Assembly: GCA_046735355.1 (NCBI GenBank)
Contig: JBKPTC010000073.1
Location: 1 to 62,192 of the forward strand
Length of the DNA: 62,192 nucleotides
Reading direction: 5' to 3'
Source: a bacterium
GTDB lineage: Bacteria > Actinomycetota > UBA4738 > HRBIN12
Shown: positions 22,160 to 30,889 of the stretch, one piece after another
Layout of the letters: each line of letters begins with the position of its first letter
Position numbering within the stretch: the first letter of the stretch is position 1
Position numbers and translations under genes: made by a program
The notes under the pieces: generated by a model
The model's database searches: none
The model's input: the letters and a program-made list of their open reading frames with translations, nothing else
Told to the model about the DNA's origin: nothing

Positions 22160-24165
22160 GCCGGCGCCTCCATCGGCTCGATGCGCAGGATGTGAGCGGG
22201 CTGCCGGTCCGGCCGCAGCTCCACGAAGTTCCGCGACCCGCGCCAGGGAAAGACCGCGCCGGTCACCAGATCGCGCGCAACGAACGGCGCTCCGTCGGCC
22301 AGCCCGAGCTCCGCGAGCTGCAGGCGCGTCCATCCCGACTGCGGAAATGCGGGGTCGAGGTTGACGACGACCAACACGACGTTGGATCCGTCGGGCGTCC
22401 GCTTGCTGTACACGAGGAACGCCGGATTGTCGGCGTCGTGGAAGACGAGCCCGCGGTCGTGCTGCAGCGCCGGCTCCGCGTGTCGGATGGCGTTCACGCG
22501 CGCGATCAGCTCGCGCATCGCGGTGCCGCCCCGCGGATCGCGCCAGCGGATCTCGTACTTCTCCGAGTGGAGGTACTCCTCGGAACCCGGCTCGCGCGGC
22601 TCGTGCTCGAGGTGTTCGAACGCCGGACCGTAGATGCCGTAGTTCGCGCCGAGCGTCGCCGCCAGGACGAACCGCAACCGGAACGCGGCCGGGTTCCCGG
22701 TCTGGAGCTGATCCGTCAGGATGTCCGGCGTGTTCGGCCACAGGTTCGGCCGGAAGAACTCGACGACCGGGGGCGTGGTGAGCTCCTCGAAGTAGGAGCG
22801 GATCTCGTCTGCGCCCCGGCGCCACGCGAAGTACGTGTACGACTGATCGAACCCGAGCTTCGCCAGCCGGTACATCACCTTCGGCCGCGTGAACGCCTCG
22901 GCGAGGAACAGGACCCCCGGGTGCTCGCGTTTCACCTCCGCGATCAGCCACTCCCAGAAGGCGAACGGCTTCGTGTGCGGATTGTCGACGCGGAAGATCC
23001 GGACGCCCGGTCTCACCCAGAACAGCACGACGCCGAGCAGCGCGTCCCACAGCCCCTTCCAGTCCGTCGTCTCGAAGTCGAGTGGATAGATGTCCTCGTA
23101 CTTCTTGGGCGGGTTCTCCGCGTAGCGGATCGAGCCGTCCGGCCGGTGCCGGAACCACTCGGGGTGCTCGGTCACCCACGGATGATCGGGCGACGTCTGG
23201 AAGGCGAGATCGAGCGCGAGCTCCATGTCGTGCTCCCCGAGCGTCCGTACGAGACGCTCGACGTCGTCGGTCGTCCCGAGCTCCGAATGCACGGCGGCAT
23301 GCCCGCCCTCCTCCGAGCCGATCGCCCACGGCACACCCGGATCGGCCGCGGTCGCCGTCGCGGCGTTGTCCGGACCCTTCCGCTTGGTGTGCCCGATCGG
23401 ATGGATCGGCGGCAGGTACAACACGTCGAAGCCGCGCGAGGCGAGCTGCGGCACGAGCGCCTCGACGTCCCGAAGCGTGCCGGCCCTGCCGCGCTCCGGC
23501 GACGCCGAGCGTGGGAACAGCTCGTACCACGCGCCCCAGCGCGCACGTTCGCGGTCGACGACGAGCCGGTACTCCGTCGAGGCCGACGCGCCGCGCCGCC
23601 GGTCCGGATACCGGGTCATAAGCGCGGCGAGCTCCTCGCTCGTCGCGAGCTCCGGGAAGTCCTCCGGCCTCGGCTTCTTGAGACGCGCGGCCCAGGCCCT
23701 CAGACGCTCGGCGTCCTCGCGATCGGCCCGGCGTGCGGCGCCCGAGACCAGCTGGGCGCCGGCGGCGAGCTCCGGTTCGAGATCCTGCCCGGCGGCGAGC
23801 CGCTTGAGCAGGTCCTCGCGCCACGATCCGAACGCGTCGATCCAGGCGCCCACCTGGAACCGACAGATCCCGACCTCGGTCACGCGGAGCGTCGCGCGCC
23901 AGCGGTCGTTCTCGACGAGGCACATCGGCGTCTCCAGCCACTCCTGGGAGGGGTCGAACCGGTACCGAACGGCCGCGCCGAGACGGTCGTGACCGTCGGC
24001 GAAGACGTCGGCCTCGACGTCGACGAGGTCGCCGACCGTCCGCTTGGCGGGGAAGCGTCCGGCGTCGACCACCGGCTCCACGCGCTCGATCGCGACGCGC
24101 TTCCTGCCCTCGTTCGGTGTCACGCGCCCTCCCCGGCCTGCCCCCGGACCCCCGACCTCGGACAC
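22156..24165 (-). CDS. glgE: Alpha-1,4-glucan:maltose-1-phosphate maltosyltransferase
   Basis: 669 aa with a GTG start. Contains IERVEPVVDAGRFPAKR, WYELFPRS, YLPPIHPIG, AIGSEEGGH and FRVDNPHTKPFAFWEW. Confidence 0.9.
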
Positions 24166-24276
24166 GACGGAACTGGCGCCCCGCTCACGGGCGCGCCGAG
24201 GGCGCCGATACCCGGCGACGGTTGCGCTACACCCCGAGACGTTCGTTCAGCGTACGGGGCCGACGCGGCCGCTGCC

Positions 24277-24387
24277 TCATTCGGTCTGGACCGGCTGGTC
24301 CTTGTGCTCCTCGAGGTGGCGGTTCAGCGCGTCGTCGTCGCCGAACGTCGAGCCGCAGACCGGGCACGTGTGCGTGAGGTTGCCCAT
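24277..24387 (-). CDS. 36-aa C2H2-type zinc-finger micro-protein (candidate)
   Basis: Translation: ATG..TGA gives MGNLTHTCPVCGSTFGDDDALNRHLEEHKDQPVQTE. It fits C-X2-C-X3-F-X5-L-X2-H-X3-H exactly. 34 of 35 codons after the ATG have G/C in the third position. No obvious SD. It falls below the ORF-track length cutoff. Confidence 0.5.
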   Translation of the reverse strand: MGNLTHTCPVCGSTFGDDDALNRHLEEHKDQPVQTE

Positions 24388-24489
24388 CGCGGAGGGATAC
24401 CCCGCGCCGACGGTTCCGCATCAACAGCCGCGCAGACGACCGCCGGACGTGGCGACGCCGACGCCCGAGGTGCCTCTGCGGAAGCGCCG

Positions 24490-25815
24490 CTAGTGCGCGC
24501 CGCCGGGGTCGGCTTCGCGCCCGGGCCAGTCGACGCCGGCCCACGGGTCGTAGTCGACCTCGAGCGGCTCCTGCGGCGGGCGCTCGTCCTCGGGAACGTG
24601 GCGGAGGTTCAGCCGGATGCGCGTCCACGTGGTGTTGCGGCCGCGCATCGCGTCGACGAGCACGTCCGCCGGCTCCAGCTTGTTCCACGCGTCGGGGTGG
24701 CGCTCGCGCCAGCGATCGAGCCCGGCCATGGCCTCGGCCTCGGTCGCCGCGCGGGCGATCTCGATGAGCGGCATCGTCGATCGACGCCGGCCGGTTCCGC
24801 CCGAGCCCGAGCGCGCGGTTCGCCGCTTCGACGGCTGCACGCGGGGCGGCTCGCCCGGCTGCTTCTCGTAGTGCGGCGGCCACGGTGCGTCGCCGAGCCC
24901 CGCGGCCTCCTGCTCCGCCGAGAGCGCGAGGAGGCCTTCGATCGAACCGGCCGATCCGTCGATGCCCGCGCCCGGGTCGCCGATCTCGTCGAATCGGGCC
25001 GGAACCGTGTCGATCGTGAACGCCTCGGGCTCGACCGACGGCACCTCGACCCACGAAAGCGGGGTCGACACGCGCGCGTCGGCGGTCGGCCGCACGGAGT
25101 ACGCCGAGGCGGTCGTCCGGTCCTTCGCGTTCTGGTTGTAGTCGAGGAACACGCCGTGGCGCTCCTCCTTCCACCACTTGCTCGTCGCGATCTCGGGCGC
25201 GCGACGCTCGACCTCGCGCGCGAGCGCGAGCGCCGCGCGCCGGACCTCGGTAAACCTCCATCGCGGCTCGATACGACAGAACACGTGGATGCCGCGCGAT
25301 CCCGACGTCTTCGGCCAGCCGACGAGGTCGTGCTCCTCGAGGACCTCGCGCGTGACCACCGCCACGTCGCGCACGTCCGACCACGGAACCCCGCGAACCG
25401 GATCGAGATCGACGCGAAGCTCGTCCGGATGCTCGAGATCCTCGGCGCGGACCGGATGTGGATTCAGGTCGACGCAGCCCAGGTTCACGACCCACGCGAG
25501 CTGCGCGGCGTCGCGGATCACGATCTCGTCGGCCGTCCGGCCCGACGGAAACGCGAGCGTCACGGTCTCGATCCAGTCCGGTCGCGACGTCGGTGCGCGC
25601 TTCTGGAAGAACGGAGGCTCCTCCACGCCGTTCACGAACCGCTTGAGCGCCATCGGGCGTCCGTCGACGCCGCGCAGCGCGCCGTCGGCGACCGCGAGGT
25701 AATACCGAACGAGGTCCATCTTGGTGTGGCCGGACCTGGGAAAGAACACCTTGTCCGGGTTCGAGATGGTGACCTCGCGCCCGGCGATCTCGACGACCTG
25801 TTTGCGCGGCGGCAC
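24490..25815 (-). CDS. LigD-type primase-polymerase domain protein (NHEJ/repair PolDom) with C-terminal extension
   Basis: This is the 3' part of ORF 24490..26409, with a GTG at 25815. Contains ISNPDKVFFP, LKRFVNGV, VDLNPHP, LRVDLDP, KTSGSRGIHV and VFLDYNQNA. About 140 further residues after the polymerase core have no family I recognise. Confidence 0.8.
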   Translation of the reverse strand: MPPRKQVVEIAGREVTISNPDKVFFPRSGHTKMDLVRYYLAVADGALRGVDGRPMALKRFVNGVEEPPFFQKRAPTSRPDWIETVTLAFPSGRTADEIVIRDAAQLAWVVNLGCVDLNPHPVRAEDLEHPDELRVDLDPVRGVPWSDVRDVAVVTREVLEEHDLVGWPKTSGSRGIHVFCRIEPRWRFTEVRRAALALAREVERRAPEIATSKWWKEERHGVFLDYNQNAKDRTTASAYSVRPTADARVSTPLSWVEVPSVEPEAFTIDTVPARFDEIGDPGAGIDGSAGSIEGLLALSAEQEAAGLGDAPWPPHYEKQPGEPPRVQPSKRRTARSGSGGTGRRRSTMPLIEIARAATEAEAMAGLDRWRERHPDAWNKLEPADVLVDAMRGRNTTWTRIRLNLRHVPEDERPPQEPLEVDYDPWAGVDWPGREADPGGAH

Positions 25816-25850
25816 GACGAAACGATAGCCGCCGCGTCCGCCGACGCCGA

Positions 25851-27914
25851 TCAGTCGAGGACCAGCTGTGCCGAGACGAACGCCAGTACGTCGGCCTCGA
25901 GTCCGACCTCCTGCTCCAGCGACTGCCCGATCCCGTGACCGCCCGCCTCCATGCGAAGCAGGATCGGCGCGTCCGATGACGTCGCGGCCTGGAGGCGCGC
26001 GGTCATCTTCTTGGCGTGATACGCGTCGACGCGCGGATCGAACTCGCCGGCGGTGAGCAGCACGGCCGGATACGGCGTCCTGTCGACGACGCGGTGGTAT
26101 GGCGAGTACGCATACAGGGCCGCGAACTGCTCGGGGTCGCGGACGGACCCGAACTCCGTGACGTTGTACACACCGTTCGGGTCGTTCTCCACGTGCAGCA
26201 TGTCCATCACGGGGACCGCGGCGATCACGGCGCGGGCGATGTCGGGATGCTGCGTGAGGACGGCTCCCATCAGCAGACCCCCGTTCGAGCCGCCGACGAT
26301 CGCGAGCCGGTCGACGGTCGTGACGCCCGTCGAGACGAGATGCCGCGCACACGCCGCGAAGTCGTCGAAGCAGTTCTGTTTGGTCAGGAGCCGGCCCGCC
26401 TGATGCCACGCATCGCCGTACTCACCGCCCCCGCGGATGTTCGCGACGCCCAGTACGAAGCCACGCTCGAGCCAGAGCAGCCGACTCGGCTGGAACCATG
26501 CCTTGTACGAGATCCCGTAGCCGCCGTATCCGGTGAGCAGCGTCGGAGCACGCCCGGCGTCGAGCACACCCTCGCGCGCGATCAGCGTCAGCGGAACGCG
26601 CGTGCCGTCGTTCGAAACAGCGAACACGCGCCGCACCTCGAGCCGCGACAGATCGAGATCCGTGATCGTGCCGAGCGCCGTCGACCGCGGCGCGTCCTCG
26701 CCGTCGACGGCGACCGCCCATGACCGCGGCCGCACGAACGACTCGACCGGATACGCGATGCGGTCGTCGCCCGCGCGAACGATGGAGTCGATCGCGCAGA
26801 CGGGTGGAAGCTCGATCGTGCCGAGGGGCGTTCCGTCGAGCTCGAACGCCCTCAGGCCCGAAACGCCGCCGTCCATGTCGAGCACCCACAGCCGTCGATC
26901 CGTGACGGCGAGCCCCTCGATCGCGAGTCCGGACTCGGCCACGACCTCGCCGGCCTCGGACGCGGTCGCGCCCTGCTCGAGCTCGACGCGCAGGATCCGG
27001 CCGTTCGGCGCGTCCACGTGCGACAGCAGGAAGAGCGCGTTGCCACCGAACGCGGCGTCGACGACGCGATCCTCGAGCGACGCGAGCCGCCACCAGTCGC
27101 CGGCGCCCTGCGCCCGAACGAAGATCTCCCACTCGCCACCGTCCCCGCGTTGGACGCGGTCCATCACCCATCGCCCGTCGTGGGAGGACGACAGGAAGCT
27201 TTCAGCGATGCGGTCGTCCGCGAAGACGCCGCGGAGGTCTCGCCGGTCGTCGATCCCGCCGACCTCGTGGAACCAGATCTCCTGGAAGAAGGGGAGATCC
27301 TCCTCCGGCCGCTCCCCCGGCGCCGGATACCGCGTGTACCAGAACGCAGCGCCGTCTCCACGCCAAGCGAGCGATCCGCCGCCGAGCACCGTGATCCGCG
27401 GGATCCGGGCATCGACGAGCTCACCGGTCGCGACGTCGAAGAGATGAAGCGTTCCGTTCTCGGTGCCGTTCGACGAGAGCGAGACGGCGACCCGCCGGCC
27501 GTCGGGCGAGGGGACGTACCAGTCGATGGTCGTGCGACCACTCGGATCGAAGATGTTCGGATCGACCACGACGCGTTCCGTGCGCGTGTCCTCGAGAGCG
27601 TCGAGCACGACGAGGAAGGGTTGCTGCTTCGGAGGCTGGAGCTTCAGGGCGAAGAACGCGCCACGGCCGACTCGCAGATCGGCGTACGACGTCGAGGGTG
27701 CCGCGATGATCTGGCGAGCCCGCTCGCGGATCTCGGCGTATCCCGATAACCCGCTCAGATACGACGTCGTCCGCTCGGCCTGCGCTTTCGTCCACAGCCG
27801 CGTGTCCTCGGATGCGGCGTCCTCGAGCCAGGCATAGTCATCGGTGATCTCCACGCCGTGGTACGTCGTCGTCGCGGGTCGGCGCGCCGTCTCGATCCGG
27901 CTCAGCTCGTTCAT
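25851..27914 (-). CDS. Prolyl oligopeptidase (S9A family)
   Basis: 687 aa. N-terminus YHGVEITDDYAWLED. The catalytic region is IVGGSNGGLLMGAV, with an SPYH motif. Confidence 0.9.
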   Translation of the reverse strand: MNELSRIETARRPATTTYHGVEITDDYAWLEDAASEDTRLWTKAQAERTTSYLSGLSGYAEIRERARQIIAAPSTSYADLRVGRGAFFALKLQPPKQQPFLVVLDALEDTRTERVVVDPNIFDPSGRTTIDWYVPSPDGRRVAVSLSSNGTENGTLHLFDVATGELVDARIPRITVLGGGSLAWRGDGAAFWYTRYPAPGERPEEDLPFFQEIWFHEVGGIDDRRDLRGVFADDRIAESFLSSSHDGRWVMDRVQRGDGGEWEIFVRAQGAGDWWRLASLEDRVVDAAFGGNALFLLSHVDAPNGRILRVELEQGATASEAGEVVAESGLAIEGLAVTDRRLWVLDMDGGVSGLRAFELDGTPLGTIELPPVCAIDSIVRAGDDRIAYPVESFVRPRSWAVAVDGEDAPRSTALGTITDLDLSRLEVRRVFAVSNDGTRVPLTLIAREGVLDAGRAPTLLTGYGGYGISYKAWFQPSRLLWLERGFVLGVANIRGGGEYGDAWHQAGRLLTKQNCFDDFAACARHLVSTGVTTVDRLAIVGGSNGGLLMGAVLTQHPDIARAVIAAVPVMDMLHVENDPNGVYNVTEFGSVRDPEQFAALYAYSPYHRVVDRTPYPAVLLTAGEFDPRVDAYHAKKMTARLQAATSSDAPILLRMEAGGHGIGQSLEQEVGLEADVLAFVSAQLVLD

Positions 27915-27993
27915 GGCTCCTCCGCGTCGGGACTACCACGCTACTCCGGCGAGCGTGATCGCGAGAACGTCGCCAGGCGAGCTCGGCGCTCCG

Positions 27994-28077
27994 TGCCCGG
28001 GGTGGGACTCGAACCCACACGCCCTTTCGGGCCTGGCTTTTTAAGAGCCATGCGGCTGCCGATTACGCCACCCGGGC
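27994..28077 (-). tRNA. tRNA-Leu (anticodon UAA)
   Basis: The 84-nt sequence GCCCGGGTGGCGTAATCGGCAGCCGCATGGCTCTTAAAAAGCCAGGCCCGAAAGGGCGTGTGGGTTCGAGTCCCACCCCGGGCA folds as a class II cloverleaf. It has a 7-bp acceptor stem, a 3-bp D stem, the anticodon stem TGGCT/AGCCA with loop CTTAAAA, a long variable arm, and the T arm GTGGG-TTCGAGT-CCCAC. Confidence 0.85.
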
Positions 28078-28103
28078 GCGCAGCCGATGATAGCGACGGC
28101 CGC

Positions 28104-28910
28104 TCAGCCCTTCGTCGAGACCGTGACCTTGTCGAGATAGACGGCCTGCTTGGGGTGCTGGCCCGGACCGGGCCCGGCCGACGGATCCTCCACCGGCAAG
28201 GCGCCGATCGTCTTCGCGACGTCGAGCCCCTTCACCACGGTGCCGAAGATCGTGTAGTTCGGGCTCGCGTCGAGACCGTGACCGTTCGGCCCGTAGACGA
28301 TGAAGAACTGGCTGCCGCCCGTGTTCGGTCCGGCGTTCGCCATCGCGACGACGCCCGGGCCGTAGGACTCCTTGCCGCTCAGCTCGTCCGGCAGCTCGTA
28401 CCCCGGCCCGCCCTGCCCGGTCCCTTCGGGGTCGCCGCCCTGGATGATGTCGATGCTCGGGTCGATGCGGTGGATCTGCGTGCCGTCGAAGAACCCCTTG
28501 TTCGCGAGGAAGACGAAGCTGTTGACGGTCTTGGGCGCCCGATCGGCGAGCAGGTCGATCACGATCGTGCCGCACGAGGTCCGGATCGTGGCCGTGTAGG
28601 TCTTCTTCGCGTCGATCGTCATCTTCGGTGGCTGGTCGAACGTCGGCTTCTTCTCGTCCGCGGCCTTCGGCACCGAGGCGCCGCACGCGACGGCGCTCGC
28701 CGACGCGGACGGCGTCGGCGTGGCGGAGGCGGCGTTGGAGGACTCGGCGCCGTTCCGGACGACGAGGAACCCGGCGACGCCCGCGACGACGACGGCCGCA
28801 ACGACGCCGGCCGTGATCCTGGCTCGCCGCCGCTGCGCGCGCCGTCGCTCCTCGTACCGGCGCTGCGCCACACGGGCGAGCTGTCGGTTGCGCGTCCTGC
28901 GGTTCGGCAC
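28104..28910 (-). CDS. Membrane-anchored cyclophilin-type peptidyl-prolyl isomerase
   Basis: This is the 3' part of ORF 28104..29147, with a GTG at 28910. It has a basic N-terminus and the TM segment ITAGVVAAVVVAGVAGFLVV. The cyclophilin core is FHRIDPSIDIIQGGDPEGTGQGGPGY...AMANAGPNTGGSQFFIV. Confidence 0.85.
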   Translation of the reverse strand: MPNRRTRNRQLARVAQRRYEERRRAQRRRARITAGVVAAVVVAGVAGFLVVRNGAESSNAASATPTPSASASAVACGASVPKAADEKKPTFDQPPKMTIDAKKTYTATIRTSCGTIVIDLLADRAPKTVNSFVFLANKGFFDGTQIHRIDPSIDIIQGGDPEGTGQGGPGYELPDELSGKESYGPGVVAMANAGPNTGGSQFFIVYGPNGHGLDASPNYTIFGTVVKGLDVAKTIGALPVEDPSAGPGPGQHPKQAVYLDKVTVSTKG

Positions 28911-28921
28911 GGCCGGAAAGG

Positions 28922-30310
28922 CTACCGCGTCCCCAGCGCCTCGAAGGCGAGACCGTCGAGGATGTCCGTCTCCGAGACGAGCACGCGGTCGGCGCCGACG
29001 ACGTCGATCAGCTCCGTGAGGATGATGGCTCCCGTCGCGATCACGTCCTCGCGGCCCGACGGCATCACCGGGATGGCGGCGCGCTCGGACGTGGTCATCG
29101 AGGCGAGCATCGACGCGACGCGACGCGCATCGGACGCCGAGAGCCACGTGCGATGCGTGAGCTCCGGATCCCAGCGCTCGAGCCCGAGCGCGACCCCCTG
29201 CGTCGTCGTCGCGGTGCCGCCGACCGCGATGACCGACGCGGCGTCGCGCAGGGGGACCTCACGAGCCGCCTCGGCGGCGCGCGCGCGAACCTCGGTTCGA
29301 ACGGCCTCGACCTCCTCGGTCGCGGGCGGGTCGGAGCGCATGAGTCGCTCGGTCAGCCGAACGGTTCCGACGCGCATCGAGACGGCGGCGGTCACGTCGT
29401 CCGCGCCGAACGCGAGCTCCGTCGACCCGCCGCCGATGTCGACCACGAGGAAGGGCGGCTGCCGGTCGAGAGCAGCGGTCGCGCCCGCGAACGACAGCCG
29501 CGCCTCGTGCGCGCCGCCGATCACGCGGAGCGGCTGCCCCGTCATTCGACGGACCTCGCGTTCGAGATCCGCACGGTCGGCCGCGTCGCGCACGGCGCTC
29601 GTCGCCGACACGCCGACGCGCTCGGCGTGCAGCGCGCGGGCGCGCGCGGCGTACCGTTCGAGCACGGCGAGCGTCCGCGCGAGCGAGGCGTCCTCGATCC
29701 GGCCGGTCGCGTCGACGCCCCGGCCGATGCGCGTGATGACCATGTCGCGCGCGAACTCCTCGAGGCCGCCATCCGGCGCGGCGGAGGCGACCAGGAGGCG
29801 TATCGAGTTCGTTCCGAGATCCACGACCGCGACGCGGCCGCCGTGCTCCGGCGCGTGGATCGGTTCGACGCGCCCGGCCACGGCCGCGCCGACCGGATCG
29901 TCGCCGCCCGCGAGATGGTTCGCGTAGTGCGCGTGGAGGCACTTGATGCCGCGGCGCGTGCCGCCCACGCCGCCGAACGCCTCCGCACCCGGCGCCTCGG
30001 CGCCGCGCTCCCTCGCATAGGCCGCGTGCGCCCGTTCGAGCGCGTCGGCGAACTCACGATCCCCTTCGGCGTGCTCGTTGAGCCGCGAGATCCATCCCGC
30101 GGCCTCGACCCGCGCGACCGCCCGGACGGCATCGGGACACGTCAACCAGAACCGCGTCGGAAACGGATGGCCCTCCGCGTCGAACGGCTCGTTCTGGATG
30201 ACGAGCGGATGTCCGCCAGGACAACGCGCGACGACGACGAACGGCGTCGTCGGATGGCGGCCGAGCTGCGTCGCGACGATCCGAAGGTCGGAGGCCCGCG
30301 TCTCGCCCAT
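28922..30310 (-). CDS. ppx: DUF501 domain fused to Ppx/GppA-family exopolyphosphatase
   Basis: A single 462-aa frame. Residues ~1-150 (QLGRHPTTPFVVVARCPGGHPLV...PFPTRFWLTCP...IKCLHAHYANHLAGG) resemble DUF501. Residues ~160-462 carry the ASKHA-fold motifs VAVVDLGTNSIRLLV and LVVDIGGGSTEL. Confidence 0.8.
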   Translation of the reverse strand: MGETRASDLRIVATQLGRHPTTPFVVVARCPGGHPLVIQNEPFDAEGHPFPTRFWLTCPDAVRAVARVEAAGWISRLNEHAEGDREFADALERAHAAYARERGAEAPGAEAFGGVGGTRRGIKCLHAHYANHLAGGDDPVGAAVAGRVEPIHAPEHGGRVAVVDLGTNSIRLLVASAAPDGGLEEFARDMVITRIGRGVDATGRIEDASLARTLAVLERYAARARALHAERVGVSATSAVRDAADRADLEREVRRMTGQPLRVIGGAHEARLSFAGATAALDRQPPFLVVDIGGGSTELAFGADDVTAAVSMRVGTVRLTERLMRSDPPATEEVEAVRTEVRARAAEAAREVPLRDAASVIAVGGTATTTQGVALGLERWDPELTHRTWLSASDARRVASMLASMTTSERAAIPVMPSGREDVIATGAIILTELIDVVGADRVLVSETDILDGLAFEALGTR

Positions 30311-30322
30311 GACGGGCCGAGG

Positions 30323-30718
30323 CTACTTGCGCTTGTGCTCGACCGAGCGCTTGAAATCGACCTGGCGCTCCTCGCTCTGCCGCATGAACTTCTTCAGCAT
30401 CGACTCGAACCCGGGGTCCGAGCCTCGGCGAGGCCGCGGTGGCGCCGGATCCTGCAGCGCCTTGATCGAGAGGTCGATCTTGCCATCCTCCTTGATGGCG
30501 ATCACCTTCGCCTGGACGACGTCGCCCTCCCGCAGATGGTCGTGGACGTCCTTCACGTAGTTCCGATCGATCTCGGAGATGTGCACGAGACCGACCTTGC
30601 CGCCCTCGAGCGTCAGGAACGCTCCGTACGGCGTGATGCGCGACACGGTTCCGTCGATGACCGCGCCGACCTCGAGATCTGCCAGCTGAACCCCTTCCCG
30701 AAGGCACGGGTTGCCCAC
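30323..30718 (-). CDS. S1 RNA-binding domain protein
   Basis: 131 aa. S1 core: GAVIDGTVSRITPYGAFLTLEGGKVGLVHISEIDRNYVKDVHDHLREGDVVQAKVIAI. A GTG at 30691 is an alternative start. Confidence 0.8.
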   Translation of the reverse strand: MGNPCLREGVQLADLEVGAVIDGTVSRITPYGAFLTLEGGKVGLVHISEIDRNYVKDVHDHLREGDVVQAKVIAIKEDGKIDLSIKALQDPAPPRPRRGSDPGFESMLKKFMRQSEERQVDFKRSVEHKRK

Positions 30719-30889
30719 CCGTGCACCGAAACGGCGGCCACTATCCCATCGGCTTCAGAATGTCGTCAATACGCATCACCCGGCCGCCCGATGCCGCAGT
30801 ACGGCGCCCGAATGGCCCGTTTGGGTAGCTGAGATGGTGTCCGGGATGACGTATACAGGTGGTACCGATCGGGAGCGGGGTCAAGGCAC

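Noticed and set aside
24227-25495. A 422-aa minus-strand ORF overlapping the LigD-polymerase gene and the zinc-finger micro-ORF region.
   Set aside because: It is in a different frame from the motif-bearing LigD reading frame, and its product is Arg/Gly/Ala-rich with no domains.
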